Notes: generated from the letters alone by a model not told the origin. Shown: positions 55,129 through 63,902, counted from the first letter of the stretch. The stretch is 64,000 nucleotides of DNA from an uncultured Gammaproteobacteria bacterium (GCA_964470695.1 CAYYDR010000001.1:593997-657996); one strand, 5' to 3'. Translations and numbers: made by a program.

Positions 55129-55479
55129 TTATACTAATTCAATCTGCACCATTTCCGCGCCGTCGCCAGCCCGAGTGCCTAATTTAGTCGTACGAGTATA
55201 GCCGCCCGGACGAGTCTTATAGCGAACGCCAAGCACCTCAATCGCCTTCTTAACCGAATTCTTCTGCAGTAAAACTTTCAAAAGACCACGACGAGCTGTT
55301 AAATCACCAGCTTTAGCCGCGGTAATTGATCTTTCTACTAAAGGACGGACCGCTGCGGCCTTAGCCCTAGTTGTCTTAACCTTTTCGTACAAAAGAATAC
55401 TAGAAGCCAAGTTACGCAACATGAGTTCGCGTGGGCCTTTCTTCCGATCCAGGATTTTATTTTTATTTCTGTGACGCAT
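55129..55479 (-). CDS. rplQ: 50S ribosomal protein L17 (bL17)
   Basis: 116 aa. MRHRNKNKILDRK, GGYTRTTKLGTRAGDGAEMVQIEL. Confidence 0.95.
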   Translation of the reverse strand: MRHRNKNKILDRKKGPRELMLRNLASSILLYEKVKTTRAKAAAVRPLVERSITAAKAGDLTARRGLLKVLLQKNSVKKAIEVLGVRYKTRPGGYTRTTKLGTRAGDGAEMVQIELV

Positions 55480-55502
55480 ATCGTTCTATTACAAATTACC
55501 AA

Positions 55503-56333
55503 TTATTTTTTAGCTTTTTTAGCTTTTTTTTCTTTCTTCTCTGGTTTTTCAGCCTTCTCTTCCTCATCATCTTCGCTGACCGCTTCTTCCACGACTTCAG
55601 CCTCAACAACCTCTTCGCTAGCAGCCGGAGCTTCTTCGGCGCCGGAGCTAATAGCCAAGAAAGATGAATATTGATCAACTAAAATTTTAACCGCTTCATT
55701 AAAAGCTTCTTCAGCGCTAATAGTGCCATCAGTCTTAACCGTTAAAATCAATTTATCCCAGTTAGTCATTTTACCAACGCGGGTACTTTCCACATTGATG
55801 CTAACGACGATAACTGGAGAAAAAATAGAATCTATTTCAATATAACCAATTTCTCTATTATCTTTTTTAGTTCCTTCAGCCATTTTATAGCCACGACCTT
55901 CTTTCACTAATATTTCTGCCTCTAGACTGCCTGATTCATCGGTAATATGAGCGATAACTAACTCCGGGTTCTTAATAGAAACCTGAGAATTTTTAACTAT
56001 ATCACCGGCGGTTACTACTTTTTTACCCTTTACTTTCAGATCAAGGCGAACCTCTTCTTCAGTAAAAGCTTTAAGGCGTAACTGCTTAAGATTTAAAAGT
56101 ATTTCTAGAACATCCTCTTTAACATGCGGCAAAGCCATAAACTCATGGCTAGCTCCCTTGATCTTTACGCCAATAACCGCGGCGCCAGGCAAGGAAGATA
56201 AAAGAACGCGACGAAGGGCGTTACCAAGAGTCATGCCATAACCTGGAAATAAAGGCTCAACTGTAATGATCCCCTCGTGAGGATTGCTACCTTTTTTGAA
56301 TTCAATTTTTTTTGGTAGAGCAATGTTTTGCAT
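55503..56333 (-). CDS. rpoA: DNA-directed RNA polymerase alpha subunit, N-terminal domain only plus charged low-complexity tail
   Basis: 276 aa. GYGMTLGNALRRVLLSSLPGAAV and the dimerisation/assembly domain up to about residue 228. The rest is AEEAPAASEEVVEAEVVEE...KKEKKAKKAKK. Confidence 0.93.
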   Translation of the reverse strand: MQNIALPKKIEFKKGSNPHEGIITVEPLFPGYGMTLGNALRRVLLSSLPGAAVIGVKIKGASHEFMALPHVKEDVLEILLNLKQLRLKAFTEEEVRLDLKVKGKKVVTAGDIVKNSQVSIKNPELVIAHITDESGSLEAEILVKEGRGYKMAEGTKKDNREIGYIEIDSIFSPVIVVSINVESTRVGKMTNWDKLILTVKTDGTISAEEAFNEAVKILVDQYSSFLAISSGAEEAPAASEEVVEAEVVEEAVSEDDEEEKAEKPEKKEKKAKKAKK

Positions 56334-56340
56334 AAAGATT

Positions 56341-56382
56341 ATTCGCGCCTAGACGGAGTGAGATGTCCGCCGACGGCGAATT
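56341..56382 (-). promoter_or_regulatory. GC-rich hairpin element in the rpsD-rpoA spacer sharing a bipartite motif with 47969-47996
   Basis: ATTCGCgcctagaCGGAgtgagatgTCCGCCgacGGCGAAT. Contains GGAGTGAG (56355-56362) and ACGGCGAA (56373-56380) 10 nt apart. Outer ATTCGC/GCGAAT pairing. Confidence 0.5.
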
Positions 56383-56385
56383 ATT

Positions 56386-57015
56386 TTATTTTGAGTAATA
56401 CTCAATAATTACTTGAACGTTTAAATTTAATGGCAAATCAGTGTCTTTTGGTTCATGTAGAACCTTGGCGCTTAAATCAGAATTATCAAAATTCAACCAG
56501 CTTGGTCTATCAGCCTTCTTAAGTTTTTCACCTAAGTTTTTAAAATAGCGGTTAGACTGGCTAGATTTCTTAATTTTTAAAACTTGACCGACTTTAACAT
56601 TGAAAGAAGCAATATCAGCCTTACGACCATTAACAGTAAAGTGGCCATGATTAACTAATTGACGAGCTGCGGCGCGGGAAGTCGCCCAACCGAGACGATA
56701 AATAACGTTATCTAAACGCATTTCTAAAGCTCTGAGGAAATTCTTACCGGCATCACCGCTCTTCTTGGAAGCTTTTTCAAAAGTCAAACGGAATTGTTTT
56801 TCCATTAAGCCATAGAATTTCTTAGCTTTCTGTTTTTCCGCTAACTGCAAACCGTAGTCGCTAGTTCTCTTATGTCCTTTAGGGCCATGAAAACCAGGAG
56901 CGTAGTTACGCTTAATTATCGCGCATTTCGGAGTAAAGCAGCGTTCCCCTTTTAAAAACAGCTTTTCGCCCAAACGGCGGCATTGTTTGCATTTGCTATC
57001 AATATTTCTTCCCAT
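56386..57015 (-). CDS. rpsD: 30S ribosomal protein S4 (uS4)
   Basis: 209 aa. CKQCRRLGEKLFLKGERC, YGLQLAEKQK, S4 domain RLDNVIYRLG. Confidence 0.95.
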   Translation of the reverse strand: MGRNIDSKCKQCRRLGEKLFLKGERCFTPKCAIIKRNYAPGFHGPKGHKRTSDYGLQLAEKQKAKKFYGLMEKQFRLTFEKASKKSGDAGKNFLRALEMRLDNVIYRLGWATSRAAARQLVNHGHFTVNGRKADIASFNVKVGQVLKIKKSSQSNRYFKNLGEKLKKADRPSWLNFDNSDLSAKVLHEPKDTDLPLNLNVQVIIEYYSK

Positions 57016-57045
57016 ATCTTTTTAGACTTTATGAATATTTTATAA

Positions 57046-57618
57046 TTATACCCTTCTCGGTTTCTTCGGACGGCAGCCATTATGAGGAACCGGAGTAACA
57101 TCTTTAATTGAAGTGACATTTAAACCATTAGCATTTAAAGCGCGGATAGCCGCTTCACGGCCAGTCCCGACGCCGGAAACAAAAACGCTAACCTCTTCTA
57201 AACCATATTCTTCACGCGCTTTCTGGGTAGCAATTTTAGTAATAATCTGAGCGGCATAAGGAGTCGCTTTTTTAGCGCCCTTAAAACCAGCCAAACCAGC
57301 GCTAGCCCAAGAAATGACGTCGCCACCATTATCAGTCAAGGTTAACATCGTGTTATTATAGGTCGCCTGAATATAAGCGCGGCCGATTTTAACGATTTTA
57401 GCAGTCTTCTTTTTCTTTTTCTTAATCAGCTTTTTCTTACTGCGAGCCGCTTTATTCTTTTCTAATTTCTGCTTAATTTCTTCCGGTAATTCCTCAACGC
57501 TGGAATCAAAAGAAAAATCAGAGCCTTCCTTTTCTTCTTTCGGCTCTTTAGCTTCTTGACTGGCGCCTAGGGCGGCCGGAGTCACTTCTTTTTTAGTTTC
57601 TTTTACTTCTTCGGACAT
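57046..57618 (-). CDS. rpsK: 30S ribosomal protein S11 (uS11) with about 70-aa charged N-terminal extension
   Basis: 190 aa. Core [55 protein letters not shown]. Confidence 0.95.
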   Translation of the reverse strand: MSEEVKETKKEVTPAALGASQEAKEPKEEKEGSDFSFDSSVEELPEEIKQKLEKNKAARSKKKLIKKKKKKTAKIVKIGRAYIQATYNNTMLTLTDNGGDVISWASAGLAGFKGAKKATPYAAQIITKIATQKAREEYGLEEVSVFVSGVGTGREAAIRALNANGLNVTSIKDVTPVPHNGCRPKKPRRV

Positions 57619-57665
57619 AATATTCTTAAAATTCTTAATTCGTAATTTTTAATTCGTAATTATGA

Positions 57666-58061
57666 TTAAGTCTTCTGTAAACCAGCCTTGCTCTTACCGC
57701 TACCCATAGTTACGCGCTTATTGCCACGAACAGTGCGGCTATTAGTCTTAGTTCTCTGACCACGGACCGGTAAATGCTTACCATGGCGCAAACCGCGGTA
57801 ACAACCGATTTCTCGTAAACGCTTAATATTACTGGCTACTTCACGACGCAAATCACCCTCAACCGTATATTTCTTCTCAACGATTTCGCGCAAAGTATTA
57901 ACTTCGCTTTCTTTTAAATCCTTAGTTCTGGTATCTTTATTAACTTTAGCTTCCGCCAAAATCTTATTAGATCTGGTCTGGCCGACGCCGTGGATATAAG
58001 TTAAAGCGATTTCTATTCTTTTGTCATTAGGGATGTTAACTCCCGCAATTCTTACTGCCAT
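57666..58061 (-). CDS. rpsM: 30S ribosomal protein S13 (uS13)
   Basis: 131 aa. [47 protein letters not shown]. Confidence 0.95.
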   Translation of the reverse strand: MAVRIAGVNIPNDKRIEIALTYIHGVGQTRSNKILAEAKVNKDTRTKDLKESEVNTLREIVEKKYTVEGDLRREVASNIKRLREIGCYRGLRHGKHLPVRGQRTKTNSRTVRGNKRVTMGSGKSKAGLQKT

Positions 58062-58076
58062 AATATTATAAAAAAA

Positions 58077-58190
58077 TTACCCCTGTCTCTGCTTATGCTT
58101 AGGGTTTTTACAAATAACGTGGACCCGACCTTCACGTCTGACCACCTTACAATCTTTACAAATTTTCTTAGCACTGGCTCTTACTTTCAT
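58077..58190 (-). CDS. rpmJ: 50S ribosomal protein L36 (bL36); below the ORF-track size cutoff
   Basis: Hand translation of the minus strand: [40 protein letters not shown] at 58190, TAA at 58077-58079. Confidence 0.95.
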   Translation of the reverse strand: MKVRASAKKICKDCKVVRREGRVHVICKNPKHKQRQG

Positions 58191-58245
58191 ATTTAAAATG
58201 CATTAATCAAATTACGAAATAAATTTCTAAATCAGTCTGAAAAAT

Positions 58246-58503
58246 CTACATGCGGTAAGTGATGCGCCCTTTAGTTAAATCGTAGGGGCTGATTTGGAGC
58301 TTAACCTTGTCTCCTGGCAGAAGACGGATTTTATTCATCCGCATTTTACCGGATAAGTGAGCTAAAATCTCGTGGCCATTTTCCAAGGCTACTTTAAAAC
58401 TAGCCGCTGGCATCAGCTCTAACACCTCGCCCTGCATCTCAATAAAGTCCTTAGCATTAAGTATGGCAGAAGCCTCGCTAGTATTTTCTTTTTCTTTTGA
58501 CAT
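58246..58503 (-). CDS. infA: Translation initiation factor IF-1
   Basis: Track ORF extends to 58545. ATG 58503 gives [67 protein letters not shown]..., the S1-like IF-1 core with a short N-terminal extension. Confidence 0.92.
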   Translation of the reverse strand: MSKEKENTSEASAILNAKDFIEMQGEVLELMPAASFKVALENGHEILAHLSGKMRMNKIRLLPGDKVKLQISPYDLTKGRITYRM

Positions 58504-58596
58504 TAACACAAAAAAATTTGATAAAGACTCTTGCCTCCTTATCAAAATTCTTTAAAAATTAGTTAAGTTATTTTGTATAATAATCTTAATAAAATT

Positions 58597-58625
58597 ATTA
58601 TAGAGATAAGATTAGAAGTTGTCAA
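58597..58625 (-). promoter_or_regulatory. Consensus sigma-70 promoter for the infA-rpmJ-rpsM...rpsI operon
   Basis: Minus strand TTGACA-17 nt-TATAAT, exact consensus hexamers, about 95 nt upstream of infA. Confidence 0.6.
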
Positions 58626-58630
58626 TAGGC

Positions 58631-58662
58631 AAAAATAGCGATAAAGGCCTAATTTAGGCCTT
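58631..58662 (-). terminator. Hairpin overlapping the alaS stop codon (possible terminator)
   Basis: AAGGCCTaatttAGGCCTT. The downstream U-tract on the minus strand is interrupted. Confidence 0.35.
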
Positions 58663-60480
58663 ATTCTCTAAAACCGCCTTAATACGCCTCACTCCAGCGC
58701 TAGATGCCTCTTCTTTTTGTATCTTAAAATGTCCCAGAATACCGGTATTATTAACATGAGGACCCCCACAAATCTCCTGAGAGAAGGCTAATTTGGTGTC
58801 AGGCTGGTTGTCTGCTTGAAGCGGGGCAACCGTATAGACTTTAACTTGTTCGCCATATTTAGAGTCAAATACCCCCATCGCGCCCCTATCCTTTGCTTGC
58901 GCCAGAGATAATTCTTCGCAGACTACTGGATAATCAGCGGCAATAGCGCCGTTAACTAAATCCTCCACTTCTTTTATCTGCTCTGGGGTCATTTTTTCGG
59001 GATGAGAAAAATCCAAACGTAAACGTTCCGCAGTAATATTGCTACCCTTTTGAACAACATGCTCTCCCAAAACTTTTCTAAGAGCCGCGAGCATCAGATG
59101 GGCGGTAGTATGTAATTTGGTAGTTTCTTCACCCGCATCAGCCAGACCGCCTTTAAATTTCCCAGCGGCAGCAGTACGGGATAAATCCTGATGCTTCTTG
59201 AGTTCGGCTTCAAAGCCCGACCTATCAACTCCTACGCCCTTTTCCTTGGCGAGCTCCTCAGTTATTTCCAAGGGAAAGCCATAGCTCTGATATAACTTAA
59301 AAGCTTCTTCGCCGCTAATAACGCCGTCACCGGATAGCTTATTGAACTCTAATAATCCTTTTTCTAAAGTAAAATTAAATTTTTCTTCTTCCTTATCTAA
59401 ATTATCTAGCGTAAACTGCTTATTTTTTTCTAACTCATTATAAATATTTTTATAATCATTAATAACCACGGCCGCGATTTCTTTAACCCAAAGTTGACTC
59501 TTAATATCTAACTGCTTGCCATAACGGATGGCGCGTCTAATTAGACGACGAACAACATAGCCCTGATCAGTATTAGACGGCGTAATACCTTTATTATCAC
59601 TGATGATAAAAGTAGCGGCCTTTAAATGATCGGCAATAATGCGCATGGCTCGGGTAATCTCGGAAGATTCATTATACTTATGCCCGCTCAAAGACTCTAG
59701 CTTATTAATTAAATTAATAAACAACTCAGTCTGATAATTATCAGCTAAACCATTCATAACCGCCAAGACTCTTTCTAGGCCCAAACCAGTATCAACATTC
59801 TTCTGAGCTAAGGGCACAAACTTACCAGCCGCGTCCTTATTATATTGCATAAAGACGTTATTCCAGATTTCAACCCATAAATCATTATCATCATTAAAGC
59901 TGCCCGGGGTCTTATCCGGCGCGCCAACCCAATAAAAAATTTCTGTATCCGGTCCGCAGGGCCCAGTAATACCAGCCGGCCCCCACCAATTATTTTTCTT
60001 AGGTAATTTCGCGATGCGTTCTAGAGGCAAACCGTTATCAGTAAAGATTTTAGACCAAATATTATAAGCCTCACTGTCAAAAGGGGCGTCATCGTCGCCG
60101 GCAAAAACCGAGACGGCTAAACGGCTCTTATCCAAACCGAGCCACTGAGTGCTAGTTAAAAACTCCCAACTATAATTAATTGACTCTTCTTTAAAGTAAT
60201 CACCAAGTGACCAGTTACCCATCATTTCAAAAAAAGTATGGTGAGTCGTATCACCGACTTCGTCAATATCGCCAGTCCGAATACATTTCTGAGCATTAGT
60301 TAAACGATTACCGGCCGGGTGTTTTTCGCCCAGTAAATATGGGACCAAAGGATGCATGCCGGCGGTCGTAAATAAGACCGAAGGATCATTTTCTGGAATT
60401 AAAGAAGAACTAGAAATCACGGCGTGATTTTTAGCCTTAAAAAAATCTAAATATTTTTGGCGCAGTTCAACTGAAGTCAT
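58654..60480 (-). CDS. alaS: Alanine--tRNA ligase, short form ending after the editing domain
   Basis: 608 aa. FFKAKNHAVISSSSLIP, WGPAGITGPCGPDTEIF, editing-site HTTAHLM and CGGPHV. No C-Ala domain. Confidence 0.92.
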   Translation of the reverse strand: MTSVELRQKYLDFFKAKNHAVISSSSLIPENDPSVLFTTAGMHPLVPYLLGEKHPAGNRLTNAQKCIRTGDIDEVGDTTHHTFFEMMGNWSLGDYFKEESINYSWEFLTSTQWLGLDKSRLAVSVFAGDDDAPFDSEAYNIWSKIFTDNGLPLERIAKLPKKNNWWGPAGITGPCGPDTEIFYWVGAPDKTPGSFNDDNDLWVEIWNNVFMQYNKDAAGKFVPLAQKNVDTGLGLERVLAVMNGLADNYQTELFINLINKLESLSGHKYNESSEITRAMRIIADHLKAATFIISDNKGITPSNTDQGYVVRRLIRRAIRYGKQLDIKSQLWVKEIAAVVINDYKNIYNELEKNKQFTLDNLDKEEEKFNFTLEKGLLEFNKLSGDGVISGEEAFKLYQSYGFPLEITEELAKEKGVGVDRSGFEAELKKHQDLSRTAAAGKFKGGLADAGEETTKLHTTAHLMLAALRKVLGEHVVQKGSNITAERLRLDFSHPEKMTPEQIKEVEDLVNGAIAADYPVVCEELSLAQAKDRGAMGVFDSKYGEQVKVYTVAPLQADNQPDTKLAFSQEICGGPHVNNTGILGHFKIQKEEASSAGVRRIKAVLENKA

Positions 60481-60481
60481 A

Positions 60482-60919
60482 TTAATTAATCTTACTTAAA
60501 TCATTGTTTAAAATTATCGGCTTCATGGCAATAAGCTCATCATTATAAGGCATGTCGGGTAGCTCATTCAGTAAAAATATTTTCTTGTCCATAGTATAAG
60601 CAAACCCCATTTCTAAAAAAGTATTACCGCCGATATAATTCTTAATTCCCTTCTTATCGCAATTAACTACTAAAATAGCGTCCGACTCTTTAATAAAATT
60701 ATAATAACGCTTAATTACATCTTCACCGGTTCCTTCCCGGAAGACCTTGTCGCCCTGCTTAGCTTTAACGGCTAAAAATTCTTCTAGCGAAATTTCACCG
60801 GCTAAAATCTTTTGAGACACCAAAGGAATTTCCGTCGTATGCCCCATGTTCTCTAAGATATCCTTAACTTCTTTAATTTTTGGCGTTAAATCAACGCTGG
60901 CGCAAATGACTATTTTCAT
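60482..60919 (-). CDS. Nucleoside 2-deoxyribosyltransferase-like / YtoQ-like protein
   Basis: 145 aa. MKIVICASV, SDAILVVN, GGNTFLEMGFAYTMDKKIFLL resemble the Rossmann-like NDT superfamily. Unverified. Confidence 0.5.
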   Translation of the reverse strand: MKIVICASVDLTPKIKEVKDILENMGHTTEIPLVSQKILAGEISLEEFLAVKAKQGDKVFREGTGEDVIKRYYNFIKESDAILVVNCDKKGIKNYIGGNTFLEMGFAYTMDKKIFLLNELPDMPYNDELIAMKPIILNNDLSKIN

Positions 60920-60925
60920 ATCATC

Positions 60926-61945
60926 TTATAATATATTAACTTCTTCCTCTAAATCAAGAGCAAACTTTTTCTTAACCGCCGCCTTCACTTTTTTAATTAA
61001 AGCTAAAACTTGTTTGGCGGTCGCCTGGTTGTGATTAACTAACACGAGCGCCTGTTTATCATGCATGCCGACTGGACCAACTTTCTTCCCCTTAAAGCCA
61101 ACCTGCTCTATTAACCAGCCGGTCGGAATTTTTACTTTACCGCGAGACGCTGGGAAATGCGGCAAATTAGGATATTTTTTTAATAATTGCTTGAACTTAA
61201 GCGAGCTGACTTCCGTATTTTTAAAGAAAGAGCCGGCGTTAGGCGCGGTAACTGGATTAGGTAACTTGGCATTACGAATTTCCTCAATAGTCCTTACCAC
61301 TTCGCGCAAATTAGGATCATTAATATTTTTCTTCAGCAGCTCTTCGCGGATAGAGCCATAGTCCAATTTAAATTCGGCCTGACGTTTTAACTTTACCGTT
61401 ACGGAATAAATAAAATAACGGCCTTTCAGCTTAGTTTTAAAAATACTATTGCGGTAACCGAAATGACAATCTTTGCTAGCAAATATTTTTTCATGGCCAG
61501 TTTTAAGGTCAATTGCTTTCAAATGATAAAAAACATCTTTAAGTTCAACGCCGTAAGCGCCAATATTCTGAACCGGCGCCGCGCCGACTGTGCCATAAAT
61601 TAAAAATAGATTTTCCAAACCATACAAATCATGACTGACACAAAAATTTACAAACTTAGTCCAAACTTCTCCCGACTTTCCTTCTACTAACGCATAGTCT
61701 TTATTCTTCTCAATTAACTCAATCCCTTTTATTTCATTCTTTAAGACTAAACCCTTGAGCTTATTGGTAATTAGAACATTAGAGCCGCCGCCTAAGACAT
61801 AAACTGGCTTTTTATTAATCTTGGCCCAAGCGATAGCTTCCAGTAATTCGGCCTTAGATTTTACTACAGCAAAAAACTCGGCCGCCGGGCCGATTTTAAG
61901 AGTTGTGTATGGCGCTAAAACAATATTCCTATCTATTTTAAGCAT
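60926..61945 (-). CDS. murB: UDP-N-acetylenolpyruvoylglucosamine reductase
   Basis: 339 aa. LAPYTTLKIGPAAEFF, VYVLGGGSNVL, GAYGVE, NAGSFFKN. Confidence 0.9.
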   Translation of the reverse strand: MLKIDRNIVLAPYTTLKIGPAAEFFAVVKSKAELLEAIAWAKINKKPVYVLGGGSNVLITNKLKGLVLKNEIKGIELIEKNKDYALVEGKSGEVWTKFVNFCVSHDLYGLENLFLIYGTVGAAPVQNIGAYGVELKDVFYHLKAIDLKTGHEKIFASKDCHFGYRNSIFKTKLKGRYFIYSVTVKLKRQAEFKLDYGSIREELLKKNINDPNLREVVRTIEEIRNAKLPNPVTAPNAGSFFKNTEVSSLKFKQLLKKYPNLPHFPASRGKVKIPTGWLIEQVGFKGKKVGPVGMHDKQALVLVNHNQATAKQVLALIKKVKAAVKKKFALDLEEEVNIL

Positions 61946-62042
61946 GGTTTAATTATAGTAAAAAGATAGGAAAAAGTCTAAAAGCCAAAAGTCTCGGAAA
62001 AAAGTCCGAGACTAAAATTAATATAAATAATTAAATAACAAA

Positions 62043-63833
62043 TTAATCCACCTCTCCCATCTTCTGCAAGTTCAAAAGCTTGGCATAAAGGCCGCCATTA
62101 ACCTTAGCCAGCTCTAAATGACTGCCCTCTTCGGCCACTCGGCCATTTTCTAAAACAATTATCTTATCAGCCTTCTTAATTGTGCTTAAGCGATGAGCAA
62201 TAATAATCATAGTTCTGTCGCGGCTAATCTTGCCAATCGCATCCTGAATTAAGACTTCGCTCTGGCTATCTAAATTAGAAGTTGCTTCATCAAAAATCAA
62301 TACCCGCGGATTAGCTAAAATAGCCCGGGCAATGCCAACACGCTGGCGCTGGCCGCCGGACAGTTTAATGCCGCGCTCGCCGACCATAGTATCATAACCC
62401 TGCTCCAGCTTATCAATAAATTCGGAAGCATTAGCAATCTTGGCTGCCGCAATAATTTCTTTCTTAGTCGCGTCTGGTTTAGCATAAGCGATATTTTCCG
62501 ATACGCTCAAATCAAATATTTCCACTTCCTGGGGTACGATGGCAAAAAACTTTCGGAAAGCGTACAGGTCATAGTCGCGCAAATCCTTGTCGTCTAATAA
62601 GACGCGGCCCTCCTGCGGATCATAATGACGATAGGCTAAACGAGCAACCGTGGTTTTTCCGCCACCCGATGGTCCGACTAAAGCGGTAACGCAACCCGGA
62701 TTAATTTTAAAATTCAGTTTACTAACCGCCGCGCGCTTATTATCGCTATAGCGGAAAGAAACATCCTGAAATTTTATTTCCCCTTTTACACTCTTAGGCT
62801 TATAGCCTTTATCTTTATTAACCACCTCATTTTTAGCGTTAAACAAAACTAATAGACGATTAACGCCTTCGCGCCCTTCCTCCATCTTGTCGTAAAAACG
62901 CGACAGACGATATAAAGAAGCATAGGCCTTTTCACTAAGGGTAAACACAAAAATCAGGGAGCCGACGCTCATTAAACCTTTAAAAACTAAATAGACGCCA
63001 AAAAATAGAACCGAGGCGCGACCGATATCAACAATTAAATTACGGCCCAGACCAACCTTCATCATCCAGCCCCATTGTTTATCTTCATTATCACGGACAT
63101 GGCGCTTAATTGTGTCAAAATCACTAAGCTCACGCGGCTCCTGCACAAAAGACTGGACGGCATTAATATTAATAATGGCCTGGCCCATCTTACCGCTCGC
63201 TTTTTCATAGTCACGGTAAATCTGCTTACGAACCGGGTACATCCGACGATTAGACCAATAAGTTACGGCAATGAATAGAGGAGCGAAGAATAGAAAAGTT
63301 AAACCGATGCGCCAATCCGCCCAAAGTAAAGTTGGCAAAGTTAAACTTAATTGGATAACAGTCGGAATAACCTCCCAACACATGTTATTAATAAATTCCG
63401 AAATTTTATCAATTCCCTTTTCAATCTTAATAATTTTGCTGCCCGTATTTTCTCTTTCATGATAACCGAGGCTTAAATAGACTAATTTTTCCTGAGCCTT
63501 TATACCCAGGGAATATTCAGCCTTAACTAGTAATTTTAAAATGCGCCTATCGCTCAGGTATTGGACAAAGGAACGGACTTCATCCGTTACTAAATACAAT
63601 AAAATCAGCTTAAGTAAACCCGGCAAGCTATCGGCGCTTAAATTACTAACCCCGTCAATAACAAATTTTAAGATGTAAGGCTTGAACAAATCTAAAACAG
63701 CAGCCGCTAAAATAGCCGCTACTACGCCCCAAAAAAGAGCTCTAAAGGGAGAGAGTAACCGCCAAAGCTCAGCCCAAAAGACCTTGAGCGGGATGGTTTC
63801 TTTTTCTTTAATTGGCTTTTCCGCCTTATTCAT
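62043..63833 (-). CDS. ABC exporter, fused permease/ATPase (MsbA-like type I exporter)
   Basis: 596 aa. 6-TM domain, Walker A GPSGGGKTT, signature LSGGQRQR, Walker B LIFDEATS. Confidence 0.9.
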   Translation of the reverse strand: MNKAEKPIKEKETIPLKVFWAELWRLLSPFRALFWGVVAAILAAAVLDLFKPYILKFVIDGVSNLSADSLPGLLKLILLYLVTDEVRSFVQYLSDRRILKLLVKAEYSLGIKAQEKLVYLSLGYHERENTGSKIIKIEKGIDKISEFINNMCWEVIPTVIQLSLTLPTLLWADWRIGLTFLFFAPLFIAVTYWSNRRMYPVRKQIYRDYEKASGKMGQAIININAVQSFVQEPRELSDFDTIKRHVRDNEDKQWGWMMKVGLGRNLIVDIGRASVLFFGVYLVFKGLMSVGSLIFVFTLSEKAYASLYRLSRFYDKMEEGREGVNRLLVLFNAKNEVVNKDKGYKPKSVKGEIKFQDVSFRYSDNKRAAVSKLNFKINPGCVTALVGPSGGGKTTVARLAYRHYDPQEGRVLLDDKDLRDYDLYAFRKFFAIVPQEVEIFDLSVSENIAYAKPDATKKEIIAAAKIANASEFIDKLEQGYDTMVGERGIKLSGGQRQRVGIARAILANPRVLIFDEATSNLDSQSEVLIQDAIGKISRDRTMIIIAHRLSTIKKADKIIVLENGRVAEEGSHLELAKVNGGLYAKLLNLQKMGEVD

Positions 63834-63902
63834 AATAATAAAAACATCATTAGACTTAATTATCTACTATAGTATACGGAAAAATATGGCTAATGTTACA
63901 GA

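Noticed and set aside
55431-55678. Three overlapping short ORFs (78, 67, 60 aa) at the rpoA 3' end / rplQ 5' end.
   Set aside because: They are low-complexity translations of the K/E/A-rich rpoA tail in other frames or on the other strand, fully covered by confidently assigned genes.
58546-58653. Possible additional small gene or RNA in the alaS-infA spacer.
   Set aside because: The region is explained by a consensus promoter (58597-58625) and the hairpin at the alaS stop. It contains no ORF with a ribosome-binding site.
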